Assembly: GCA_039683575.1 (NCBI GenBank)
Contig: JBDKRC010000103.1
Span: 1-16,131, forward strand
Reading direction: 5' to 3'
DNA: 16,131 nt
Origin: Armatimonadia bacterium
Lineage (GTDB): Bacteria > Armatimonadota > Zipacnadia > Zipacnadales > UBA11051
A model generated the notes under the pieces. That model was not told the DNA's origin. It worked only from the letters and a program-made list of their open reading frames with translations, and made no database searches. A program made the position numbers and the translations under genes. Shown here piece after piece: positions 6,882 through 15,857 of the stretch (within the stretch, counting starts at the first letter, position 1; every line of letters starts with the position of its first letter).

Positions 6882-7949
6882 ATGACCGCCCCAATCGGCT
6901 GCGCCGTAATCGGCTACGGACCGCAGCACAACTTCGGCTGGGCCCATTCCGCCTGGATTGACGCCACCCCCGAACTCCGCCTTGCCGCAGTCTGCGACCT
7001 CGACCCCGCCCGCACCGCCGCCGCCAAAGAGATGTTCCCGGCGATCAAGACCTACAACCGGGTTGAGGACGTGTGGGCCGATCCTGAGATTGAACTGGTC
7101 TCGATCGTAACCCCGCACTTCACGCACTGCCCGCTGACGGTCCAGGCCTTCGCTGCCGGGAAGAACGTCGTGGTTGAGAAGGCCATGTGCCTGAACGTCG
7201 CCGAGGCAACTGCCATGGTAGAGGCCGGGCGAGCGGCGGGGAAGATGCTGTCCATCCACCACAATCGCCGCCACGACGGCAACTACCGCCGCATTGAGGA
7301 GATCGTCAAGTCGGGTCAGATCGGGGAGGTCTTCCATATCGAGCTCACCGCGGGTGGCTTCGGCAAGCCCAACCTGGCCTGGTACACTGAAAAGGCCAAG
7401 TCCGGCGGCGGGTTCTTCTACTGGGGTCCCCATGCCATTGACTGGGTGCTGAACCTGATCCCCGAGCGCGTCATGGGCGTCAACGGCTTCTTCCACAAGC
7501 TCGTCTGGCACGAGATGACCAACGAGGATCAGACCCGCGCGATCATCCGCTTTGGGAACGGTTGCGTGGCCGACATAACCTGGTCCACCATCTCCACCAT
7601 TGGCAAGCCGCTGTGGCGCATCCTCGGGACCAGGGGGGGCATCTCTGACACCGGGGCAGGAGGCAATGTTGGCTATGAGAAGCAGATCAGCGGCCCTCCC
7701 GGAGGCAGCCTCAAGCTCGTGACGATTGGCGACGAAGGCCGGCAGGAACGGGAAGTGCCTTACCTGGATTCGGACTGGCCGACATACTGGCAGAACGTGG
7801 CGGACCACCTGCTGCGCGGCGGCCCGGTGCCAGTCAGGGGCGAGTTCGGACGCCGGGTCATAGGCGTGTTTGAGGCGGCTGAGAAGTCCTCGGCGAGTGG
7901 GCAGACAGAGCAACTGGCATGGGAAGACGAGTTCTGGTGCAGTGGGTAG
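6882..7949 (+). CDS. Gfo/Idh/MocA family NAD(P)-dependent oxidoreductase
   Basis: AVIGYG...H, AVCDLD, IVTPHFTH, AGKNVVVEKAM, HNRR, IVKSGQIGEV, SGGG..WGPHAID. SD AAGGAG favours ATG 6882. Confidence 0.92.
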   Translation: MTAPIGCAVIGYGPQHNFGWAHSAWIDATPELRLAAVCDLDPARTAAAKEMFPAIKTYNRVEDVWADPEIELVSIVTPHFTHCPLTVQAFAAGKNVVVEKAMCLNVAEATAMVEAGRAAGKMLSIHHNRRHDGNYRRIEEIVKSGQIGEVFHIELTAGGFGKPNLAWYTEKAKSGGGFFYWGPHAIDWVLNLIPERVMGVNGFFHKLVWHEMTNEDQTRAIIRFGNGCVADITWSTISTIGKPLWRILGTRGGISDTGAGGNVGYEKQISGPPGGSLKLVTIGDEGRQEREVPYLDSDWPTYWQNVADHLLRGGPVPVRGEFGRRVIGVFEAAEKSSASGQTEQLAWEDEFWCSG

Positions 7950-7970
7950 AGAGGTAGTCAGGAAATGAAT

Positions 7971-7996
7971 GGGCCGGAGCGCATGCGCTCCGGCCC
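7971..7996. terminator. Perfect 26-bp palindrome between convergent genes (possible bidirectional terminator or REP-like element)
   Basis: GGGCCGGAGCGCA|TGCGCTCCGGCCC. On the minus strand it is preceded by GTAGTGCAC and followed by ATTCATTTCC. Confidence 0.55.
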
Positions 7997-8016
7997 GTGC
8001 ACTACTCGCTCACCGC

Positions 8017-8040
8017 GGGCGCACCACGGTGCGCCCCTAC
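8017..8040 (-). repeat. GTAG-type REP-like palindrome
   Basis: Minus strand GTAG-GGGCGCACC-GT-GGTGCGCCC, 10 nt after the prepilin stop codon. Confidence 0.72.
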
Positions 8041-8050
8041 AGGGGTTGAA

Positions 8051-8692
8051 CTATAGGTTGTCCCACATGTTGACGGGCGTCTCAGTGGTGCTGGGCTTCA
8101 TGGCCTTGGCGTGGCCATCGCAGAAGTTGACGTTGGCCATCTCGTTGTGCCGGCCGACCAGGACTCCGGCGCCTGCGCAAGGCGTCGCGAGGTAAGTAGC
8201 AAACCGCGACCACGGGCTCATGCCCTTGCCCCATGCGGTCGTTCCGCCCAGACCCGTCACGGGGTCACAGTTCTGCAAGGTCACGTCCCCGAACGCGATG
8301 GTCTCTGAGGGGTAGGCAATGTCGGCCATCGCCCGGCCGGTTCCATGGTTGTTGCTCCAGATGATGTTGCGGTTGGCCCCGTAGGCGCCCCCGCTGGGGC
8401 ACTGGAATACCTGCCAGTTGTTGATGTACGGGTACAACATGCCGACGTTGGTGGTGCCGTTGTAGTACCACCGGTACTGGTAAGTCGGGCCGTTGTAGCA
8501 CTTCACGTTTATCTCGTCATAGTCCTGAGCGTACTGGATGAAGGCCAGCCCAAGCTGCTTCACATTCGACAAACAACTGCTCTGCCTCGCCTTCTCGCGC
8601 GCCTTGGCAAACACCGGGAACAGGATCGCCGCCAGAATCGCGATGATCGCAATGACCACCAGCAGCTCAATCAGCGTGAAACCTCTGCGCAT
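8051..8692 (-). CDS. Prepilin-type N-terminal cleavage/methylation protein with DUF1559 and H-X9-DG motif (second copy)
   Basis: [82 protein letters not shown]. Start revised to ATG 8692. Confidence 0.93.
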   Translation of the reverse strand: MRRGFTLIELLVVIAIIAILAAILFPVFAKAREKARQSSCLSNVKQLGLAFIQYAQDYDEINVKCYNGPTYQYRWYYNGTTNVGMLYPYINNWQVFQCPSGGAYGANRNIIWSNNHGTGRAMADIAYPSETIAFGDVTLQNCDPVTGLGGTTAWGKGMSPWSRFATYLATPCAGAGVLVGRHNEMANVNFCDGHAKAMKPSTTETPVNMWDNL

Positions 8693-8864
8693 AGACACAC
8701 CTGCCTGATGTAGATGAAACGACTGGGCCGGCGTCACTTCCGCAACAGTCTTGCGATTTCCTTCCACTTTTGTGGCAAAGTTACGGTATTTCAGCCGAAT
8801 CTTGGTTTATTCGTGTGGTGTTGTGACGGACACTACTGTAGCATCCAGCTACTGGAGGAGAACA

Positions 8865-10565
8865 ATGCATCGTGGTTTCTTCGCTCTTGTCCTGTTGGCT
8901 CTTGTCGTTCCCGCCTGCGCCCAGACGCCCGAACACCGGGGGCTCTGGGTGGGCAACTTCAGCTATGACACGCCGGCTGAAGCCGAGGCTGTGGTCGCCC
9001 GCGCCGCTGCCGCGAACCTCAACGTCCTCTATCCGCTTGTCTGGTACAACGGCGGGCAAGCCTGGTACAACAGTAACATCTCCCCGAAAGCCGCCACTGT
9101 GGCCCCCAACTACGACCCCCTCGGCTACCTGATCAAGATCGCGCACGCCCGTGGTATGGATGTCCACGCCTGGTTCGTGTCGGGGAGCTATGGGGACCCG
9201 AAGAACGGTGTGGTCTTCAAAGAGCACCCGGACTGGGCCTTGCAGTCCGCTCAAGGTCCGGCGATGTGGTATGACCTCGCCAAACCTGAGGTGCGCAAGT
9301 TTGAGACCGACGTCATGATTGACTGCCTGAAGAACTACGACGTGGACGGCCTGCACTTCGACTACATCCGCTACGACGGGCAGGAGTACTGCTACTGTAA
9401 CCACTGCCAGACAGAGTTTTCGGCCCGCTATGGCTTCTCTCTGCTTTCACCGGCTGGTGGTCTTCCCGCCTCCATATCCTCTAACGGTAACCCCCTCGCT
9501 GAGGTCACTACCGCTCGCGTGCTTGCCACCTTCGATGACGGGCAGCCTGCTATCACGCTCAATAGCCTCGGACAGGGAGAAGCGGCGCTGGTCAACTGGA
9601 CCGCCCAGCGGGGCAGCGTTCCGGGCGTCGATGATTTCGTAAAGCGCATGCTGGTCCGGTTTGGCGCGAGCAAGGACAATCTCTTTGTACTCGGCACCAA
9701 CGAAACCCGTGCCAGGTATGGTGCGGAGAGTCAGGGCCAGGCGCGTGAATGGCTGAGGCGGCTGGGGTATGAGTCCAAGCTTGTGGATGAGACACAGGTG
9801 GGGCAGCTTCCGGCGGGTGGCACCGTCATTCTCCCGGCACAGTACTACATACCCGAGGAGACCGCTGCCTGGCTGCGGCAGTTCGTCACTGCGGGCGGGC
9901 ACTGCCTCTTCATCGATGGCCCGGTCTTTGCGATCAAGTACCCCGATCTTCAGCATGTCATTGGCCTCAAGGGGTCGGGCAAGTACTTCCTGGCCCTGCG
10001 CCTCGTTAGCCCGGCGCCTGGCCAGGACCTGATCCCGTCCGGCCCCGCTCTGGATCTCGAGAAGGAGCGGCAGCGTGCCGCTAAGTGGATCGAATACCGC
10101 AAGGCCACCGTCACCGACCTCGTCCGCTCGGTCCGTGAGGCGGCCCTCAAGGTCAAGCCCCAGGCGAAGCTGAGCGCGGCGGTGTTTGAGACCAAGGCAT
10201 CTGCTGACGCAGTATGCCAGGACTGGTACGCATGGCTGGACGCCGGCCTGCTGGACTATGTAATCCCAATGGCGTATGTGATGCCCAACCCCGCCCTTGA
10301 AGGGATGCTCCAGGAGTACAAGGCTTTTGACCCGAAGATGGAGCGGATTATCCCCGGCCTGAGCGTGTACCAGCGCGGGACGGCAGGCGACTCCTCTCGA
10401 CCGCCGGAACTCGTTCTGTCGCAGGAAGCCCTCTGTCGCTCCTACGGGGCCAATGGCGTGGCTTACTTCTCGTACAATGAGTTCAGCGAAGCCATAGCCG
10501 CAGCACTCGGCGCCGGCCCCTATCGCCAGCCCGTTGCAGCCTACTATCCAAAGCTGAAGCGATAG
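8865..10565 (+). CDS. Secreted glycosyl hydrolase-like 10 (GHL10/DUF187) protein with inserted domain
   Basis: SD GGAGGAG, signal peptide, RGLWV, YDPLGYLIKIAHARGMDVHAWF, HPDW, DLAKPEVR, YDVDGLHFDYIRY, CYCNHC, LSAAVF, QDWYAWLDAGLLDYVIPMAY, GANGVAYFSY. Confidence 0.88.
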   Translation: MHRGFFALVLLALVVPACAQTPEHRGLWVGNFSYDTPAEAEAVVARAAAANLNVLYPLVWYNGGQAWYNSNISPKAATVAPNYDPLGYLIKIAHARGMDVHAWFVSGSYGDPKNGVVFKEHPDWALQSAQGPAMWYDLAKPEVRKFETDVMIDCLKNYDVDGLHFDYIRYDGQEYCYCNHCQTEFSARYGFSLLSPAGGLPASISSNGNPLAEVTTARVLATFDDGQPAITLNSLGQGEAALVNWTAQRGSVPGVDDFVKRMLVRFGASKDNLFVLGTNETRARYGAESQGQAREWLRRLGYESKLVDETQVGQLPAGGTVILPAQYYIPEETAAWLRQFVTAGGHCLFIDGPVFAIKYPDLQHVIGLKGSGKYFLALRLVSPAPGQDLIPSGPALDLEKERQRAAKWIEYRKATVTDLVRSVREAALKVKPQAKLSAAVFETKASADAVCQDWYAWLDAGLLDYVIPMAYVMPNPALEGMLQEYKAFDPKMERIIPGLSVYQRGTAGDSSRPPELVLSQEALCRSYGANGVAYFSYNEFSEAIAAALGAGPYRQPVAAYYPKLKR

Positions 10566-10587
10566 AGACGGCCTGCTTACAGCAATG

Positions 10588-10616
10588 AGCCCTCCCGCTG
10601 CCACGGGAGGGCTTTT
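10588..10616 (+). terminator. Intrinsic terminator
   Basis: AGCCCTCCCG-CTGCCA-CGGGAGGGCT followed by TTT, 22 nt after the GHL10 stop. Confidence 0.75.
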
Positions 10617-10692
10617 CGCTGTCTCTGTGGAACTCTGGTACCATGCGGCTGCCTGCAGTCGCAACTCGATTCGCACCCCCGGAGCTATACCC

Positions 10693-11667
10693 ATGAAACA
10701 GACCGACGTTCTCGCTCTCGGCACCGCGCTTGTCGAGTTCACCCCCCAGCATCTGGGCGCGTCAGTGGCCGCCGCTGACGCTTATGACGCCCTCCCCTCC
10801 GGGGCCACCACCAACTTCTGCCTCGCCCTGGCCCGGCTGGGCATCCGGGTCTCGCTCGCGACTCGCATCGGGGAAGACGAGTTGGGGAAATGGCTCCTGC
10901 ACAAGCTCCAGCACTTCGGAGTGGACACCTCGCCCACGCGCGCCGTCGCCGGGCAATACACTCCGGTCTCCTTCGCCTGGATGAATCAGGATGGGGCCAA
11001 GACCTTCTATTTCTACCGCTTCCCCGGCTACAGCGATCCCATGCTCGAGTTCGCCGCTGAGCCCCTGACCGATGACGAATTGCGCCAGGCCCGGCTGTTT
11101 GACTTCAGCGAAGCCACCGTGCGCGCTGAGCCGCTACGCTCGGTCAGCCTCGACACGGCCCGCCGCGCTCGGGAGCTGGGCCTGCAGGTCGCGTATGCTG
11201 TGAACTACCGCCCCGGCGCGTGGCGCGAGCCGGTGGAGCAGATTGTCGCAGTTCAGCGTCAGGCTCTCGCCCTCGCTGATCTTGCCCTGATGAACCGCGA
11301 GGAAGCCGCCCTCATCACTGGCGACGACGAGATTCGCCCCGAGAGCCTCGCGGCCCTCGGCCCGCGCCTGCTGGCCATCACCGCCGGCGCAGAGGGCGCA
11401 CATGTATACCACGAGGGCAAGTTGACGTTCATCCCGCCGCGCGAGGTCGAAGTCCGGTATGACATCGGTGCGGGGGACACGTTCCATGCCGGTCTCCTGG
11501 CCGCACTCCTTCACGGCTACGATCCGGTAGAGGCCGCCTCCCTTGCCTCGGCCGCCGCGGCCCTGCGCATCTGCCGCACCGCTGACATGAACTGCCTCCC
11601 CACCTGGGCCGAGGTGCTGACGATGGCCACCAATGAAGGCCCAACCCTCGAAGGGGCGCCTCTGTAG
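10693..11667 (+). CDS. PfkB family carbohydrate kinase
   Basis: SGATTNFCLALARLG, RIGEDELG, GVDTS, NYRPGAW, MNREEA, ITAGAEGA, GAGDTFHAGLL. Start revised to ATG 10693 after GGAG. Confidence 0.9.
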   Translation: MKQTDVLALGTALVEFTPQHLGASVAAADAYDALPSGATTNFCLALARLGIRVSLATRIGEDELGKWLLHKLQHFGVDTSPTRAVAGQYTPVSFAWMNQDGAKTFYFYRFPGYSDPMLEFAAEPLTDDELRQARLFDFSEATVRAEPLRSVSLDTARRARELGLQVAYAVNYRPGAWREPVEQIVAVQRQALALADLALMNREEAALITGDDEIRPESLAALGPRLLAITAGAEGAHVYHEGKLTFIPPREVEVRYDIGAGDTFHAGLLAALLHGYDPVEAASLASAAAALRICRTADMNCLPTWAEVLTMATNEGPTLEGAPL

Positions 11668-11811
11668 GACCATCTCGCCGCTCTTGCGACCACTGGCGGT
11701 CTGCTCATCAGTTTCGGAGCAGGCCGTTTCGTGTGGCTTTGCGCCCTGCCGGACGGTCTGCGGAGTGGAATGAGAGAGGGAGGCTTGGCCAGCTTGGAGA
11801 AACATGACACG

Positions 11812-12744
11812 ATGAAGACCCGAAAACGATCCAATCATGACTGGGGAGCCTTCTGGTTCCTGCTGCCCAACGCTTTGGGCTTTGTGACCTTCACTCTGCT
11901 GCCCGTGCTGGCGGCCTTCCTGCTGTCCTTCACCAGGTGGGATGCCGTCGAAAGCTGGCAGGGGTTGCACTTCGCCGGGCTGGCCAACTACCGGGAGATA
12001 CTGGGTTTTGTGCGCACCCCCGGCGGCCTTCGCGCCACGGATGAGCAGTTCTGGTACTACATGTACAACACTGTCTTCCTCATGCTCGGTATACCACTGG
12101 GGATGGCGCTATCGTTCTTCACGGCCCTCCTGATGAACCAGCGCTTGCGGGGAATCACGCTCTACCGGGCCATGTACTTCCTGCCGACGGTCTGCTCGTC
12201 GGTGGCGGTGGCCGTGGTCTGGCGGTGGGTCTATGACGCGGATTGGGGGCTTTTGAACCAGGGCCTCAGGCTGGCGGGAGTGGATAGCCCTCCGGGATGG
12301 CTTGTGGACCCGTCGTGGGCCAAGCCGGCACTGATCCTGATGGGGCTCTGGATCGGTATCGGAGGGTACAACTGCGTGCTATATCTGGCGGGGCTGCAGG
12401 GCATCCCACAGGAGCTGTACGAGGCGGCGGAAATTGACGGGGCGGGCTGGTGGGAGCGGGTGCGGCACATCACGTGGCCCATGCTGGCCCCAACCACCTT
12501 CTTCATCCTCGTGATGTCGCTCATCTCTGGGTTTCAGGGACACTTCGTCGCCATTCATATCCTCACCCGCGGCGGACCGGCCGGGGCCACCACAAACCTC
12601 TTGTATTACATCTACCAATCAGCCTTCGACCACCAGAAGATGGGCTACGCCTGCGCGCTGGCCATGGTGCTGTTTGTGATCATCTTCGTGTGCACGGTGG
12701 TGAACTGGAAGTATGGCAAGAAGTCCGTGGAGATATATGGGTGA
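11812..12744 (+). CDS. Carbohydrate ABC transporter permease (MalF/UgpA-like)
   Basis: FLLPNALGF, GLANYREI, YFLPTV, GLLNQ, EAA loop YLAGLQGIPQELYEAAEIDGAGWW..RHITWPML, LTRGGP, MGYACA. Exact start uncertain. Confidence 0.93.
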   Translation: MKTRKRSNHDWGAFWFLLPNALGFVTFTLLPVLAAFLLSFTRWDAVESWQGLHFAGLANYREILGFVRTPGGLRATDEQFWYYMYNTVFLMLGIPLGMALSFFTALLMNQRLRGITLYRAMYFLPTVCSSVAVAVVWRWVYDADWGLLNQGLRLAGVDSPPGWLVDPSWAKPALILMGLWIGIGGYNCVLYLAGLQGIPQELYEAAEIDGAGWWERVRHITWPMLAPTTFFILVMSLISGFQGHFVAIHILTRGGPAGATTNLLYYIYQSAFDHQKMGYACALAMVLFVIIFVCTVVNWKYGKKSVEIYG

Positions 12745-12798
12745 GAGAGGCGGGAACGGGGAACACGGGACGGCCGCATTGCGTAGAGGGGCAGGGGC

Positions 12799-12821
12799 GA
12801 CGGGCGAGCCGCCCGTCCTAC
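12799..12821 (-). repeat. GTAG-type REP-like palindrome
   Basis: Minus strand GTAG-GACGGGCG-GCT-CGCCCGTC (8-bp stem), intergenic. Confidence 0.72.
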
Positions 12822-12950
12822 TGGGGAGAGGCGAGGGAGTAGGGCTGGGGATTGAGCCCTTGCAAACCCTCTCGTACATCGGGAACGGGGTAGTGCCCGG
12901 GCAGGGCGAGTACTCGTTCTACTACGCCATACAGGGGATTTCACAGCGCA

Positions 12951-14096
12951 ATGAGCGAGACACTGGCGGATAGATACCATGATGAGTTCCCGGTGAAGCG
13001 GGAGCACATCTACTTCAACCATGCAGGGGTCTGCCCCCTGCCGCGGCGCGTCGCGGCGGCGGCGCAGGGCGTGTTCGAGGAGCAGATGGCGACCGGCGGC
13101 GTGAAGTATGACCGGTGGCTGCGGGGAATCCACGAGGCGCGGGAGAACCTCGCGAAGCTGACGCGGGCGGGGAGCGAGGAGATTGCCTTCGTCAAGAACA
13201 CCACCCACGGACTGATGATCGCCGCGGGGAGCATCCCCTTCGAGGCCGGAGACAACGTCGTCACGACTGCCATCGAGTTTCCGGCGAATGTGTACCCGTG
13301 GCTGGGGCTGGAGCGCTACGGGGTAGAGACACGGTTTGTCGGGGCTCGGAATGGCCGCGTACAGGTGGATGACCTGCGGGCAGCGATGGATCGGCGGACG
13401 CGGGCCATCGCGGTAAGCTGGGTGCAGTTCACCAGCGGGTACCGGATTGACCTGGGGAAGCTGTCCCAGCTTCGACGGGACAAGAATTGCTACCTGGTGG
13501 TGGATGCAATTCAGGGATTGGGGGCGCTGCAGATCGACCTGGGCCGGTACAGCATTGATTTCCTGGCTGCCGATGGGCACAAGTTCCTGCTGTCGGCGGA
13601 GGGGGCCGGGCTGTTGTATGTGCGGCGGCAGATTCTCGGGGAGTTGCAGCCCCACGCGCTGGGATGGCTGGGAATGGAAGACCCCTTTGATTTCCTGAAT
13701 TACAACATACGTCCGGTGGCCGAGGCACGGAGGTTTGAGGAAGGTAGCCAGAACGTAGCAGGCATTCACGCGCTGGGAGCGGCGGCAGGGCTGTTTCTGG
13801 AGGCGGGCCCGGCACAAGTGGAGAGGGAGATCCTGGCGCTGACCGACGACCTGTGCGAGCGGCTGCAGAGCATCGGCTGCACGATCACCTCACCACGAGG
13901 GGAAGGCGAGAAATCGGGCATCGTGACGTTCACGCACCCCAGGGCGGAGGCGACGACGCTGGCGGAGCGGCTCACGGCGGAGGGCGTGGTGTGCGTGGAG
14001 CGTGGCGGAGCGGTAAGGTTCTCACCGCACTTCTACAACGACGCGGACGAGGTGGAGAGGGCGGTGGAGGTCGTTAGGGAGAACGTGGGAGGGTAG
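12951..14096 (+). CDS. Aminotransferase class V-fold PLP-dependent enzyme
   Basis: IYFNHAGVCPLP, EIAFVKNTTHG, EFPANVYPW, VDAIQGLG, AADGHKFL (PLP Lys), RFEEGS, VRFSPHFYN. No RxGHHC persulfide loop, so not called sufS. Confidence 0.9.
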   Translation: MSETLADRYHDEFPVKREHIYFNHAGVCPLPRRVAAAAQGVFEEQMATGGVKYDRWLRGIHEARENLAKLTRAGSEEIAFVKNTTHGLMIAAGSIPFEAGDNVVTTAIEFPANVYPWLGLERYGVETRFVGARNGRVQVDDLRAAMDRRTRAIAVSWVQFTSGYRIDLGKLSQLRRDKNCYLVVDAIQGLGALQIDLGRYSIDFLAADGHKFLLSAEGAGLLYVRRQILGELQPHALGWLGMEDPFDFLNYNIRPVAEARRFEEGSQNVAGIHALGAAAGLFLEAGPAQVEREILALTDDLCERLQSIGCTITSPRGEGEKSGIVTFTHPRAEATTLAERLTAEGVVCVERGGAVRFSPHFYNDADEVERAVEVVRENVGG

Positions 14097-14100
14097 GGGC

Positions 14101-14165
14101 TTTACAGGATGGACAGGATGGAGACGGCGATTTACAGGATGTAAGGATAGAAGGATGGGGAGGAT
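14101..14165. repeat. Degenerate AGGAT short-repeat tract between convergent genes
   Basis: AGGAT at 14106, 14115, 14136, 14144, 14152 and 14161; TTTACAGGATG repeated exactly at 14101 and 14131. Confidence 0.7.
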
Positions 14166-14180
14166 GAAGGCAGAGTAAGG

Positions 14181-15857
14181 CTAGAGGCCTTCGAGGAGTT
14201 CGATTCTTAGGTCGTCGAGGCGCAGGTTGACCGTCACTGGCGTGGAGTTGTCGCCCTTTTCGATGGCAATGTCTACAGTGGCAGCGTTTGAAGGCATCTC
14301 GCCGATGGCCTCAAGCTTCTGCCAGGTGCCGAGTTTCGTGGTGTCGTAGTGGTTGCTGGTGACGTTGGTGATCCATTTGCCGTCGGCGGCGTTCACGCCG
14401 AGCTTGAGAAACGGGGCCTGGCGCAGGGCCTCCAGCCGCTCGACAAGCATCCAGCCCGTCAGGCGATACAGGGCGAAGGGCGTAACCGGTGTCGGTACGC
14501 GATAGCCGGCGTAGTTCCACGATTTTGCGATTGAGCCCTCTATGGCAAGGCTCTTGTCCCCCGAGTGGGCGTTGCCCGTGGCGAGGGTGGCGGTGAGGCC
14601 AGCGGGAGCATCCCACGTGTTGGCGAGCTTCTCGAAGTCCTCGGAGAAGACGTCGCCCTGCACGTCCGGGGCCTGTACGGTCGATAGTGCCGTCAGTTCG
14701 TAATCCCCCTCAGTGCGTTTCCCCTCCATGCCAAGCATGATGGTCTGATTGGTCTCCGGTGCGAACATGGCGACTGTGAGACGATAGCGGCCCTGTGGCA
14801 AGCCAGCCGGCACGCGCAGAACGAGCGTGTCCACTTGCTCCTGCCCCGGCATCCACATAGTGGTCGGAACTCGCGGGAATACCACTTCGTCGGCTACGGG
14901 CTTGTCATCGGCGCCCAGAAGCCGCCAGCGGAGCGCATGGCTCTGGTAGCAGGGGGCAAGGCCGTTGTTGGCCCATGTGACTTCGAGTGGAAGGCGGGTC
15001 GGGTACTTCTGGCTCAGGCGCAGCGCGGTGGGGCATTGCAGCTTTGTGATGACGAAGCGGTAACCAATCCGCCGCGCGGCGTCACGGAGGAGTTCCTGAA
15101 CCTCAGGCGTGGCCTTGCGGTAGCCGCCGCCGCCGAAGAGGTTGGTGTTGAGGTAGCTGATCGGGGCGGACAGACCCTTCTCGAGGGTCTGCTTGACGTC
15201 CCAGTTCTTCTTCACCATGTCGTCATAGCCGCTATGGAACTCGAAGTTGCAGATGACGCCGCGACGGGAATAGGGCTTGTAGAGCCACTCGCCGACGTCG
15301 TAGCTGGCGCCGGCGGGGTTCAGGCCGTCCTGGCGGAAGTGGCAGCCGCGGAGGGCGGCGTAGTCATTGATGGTCTGGTTGTCCGGGCCGCCGACGTTGA
15401 GAAAGACGCGAGTGTGGGGGAAGGCCCGGACATACTCGTCAATCATGCGGCGATATGCCATGACGTAGCGGGTGTGGGTATAGCCGGTGGCGGCGAAGTC
15501 CTGCGGGGTCCAGCGGGCCAGGTGCATCTCGCCCCATTCGCCAATGCTGCCGATGTCCACAAACTCGAGCCCAGGCTTGTCGCCGAGGTACTCGCCGAGC
15601 TTGCGGACGAACTCGGCCTGCAGGGACAGGTACCGCTCGTCCCAGAAGGCGGGATCGGTCTGGATTTTGCCATTGAGGGCTACATGCTTGACGCCGGGCA
15701 CCCCTTCGTCGAAGACCCACTTGGGCGTGACGTACTCCTTGGCCGAGTGCATGTTCTGGCACATGACGCGGAAGGCGACGCGCTTGCCCTGCTGCTTGAC
15801 CCAGAAGTCAAAGAGCGGCCCGAAGTACTGGTCGAAGGTATAGACGTTCTTTTCGGG
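14181..15857 (-). pseudogene. 5'-truncated glycoside hydrolase (clan GH-A-like barrel + DUF4832-like + CBM4/9-like domains)
   Basis: From residue 75 of the 632-aa ORF: PEKNVYTF, AFRVM, TPKWV, DPAFWDERYL, VDIGSIGEWGEMH, RIGYRF, WANNGLAPCY, LPQGRYRL, then a carbohydrate-binding-module-like tail (AHSGDKSL...GTWQKLE...LDDLRIE). No native start or signal peptide; residues 1-74 are the antisense of another gene. The truncation may be an assembly artefact. Confidence 0.7.

Noticed and set aside
4931-8692. The two opposed prepilin genes as an invertible cassette or DGR template/target pair
   Set aside because: Their shared N-terminal coding DNA differs at many synonymous sites, and no recombinase or reverse transcriptase is present.
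6855-13817. Long antisense ORFs (6855..7913, 9447..10742, 11134..11970, 12645..13817)
   Set aside because: Shadow ORFs opposite well-supported genes in GC-rich DNA; no recognisable motifs.
12951-14096. Cysteine desulfurase SufS/IscS assignment
   Set aside because: The catalytic Cys loop motifs (RxGHHCA, SxGSAC) are absent and there are no Fe-S cluster genes nearby.
14101-14165. CRISPR array
   Set aside because: Repeats are 5-11 bp and irregular, with no spacer structure or cas genes.
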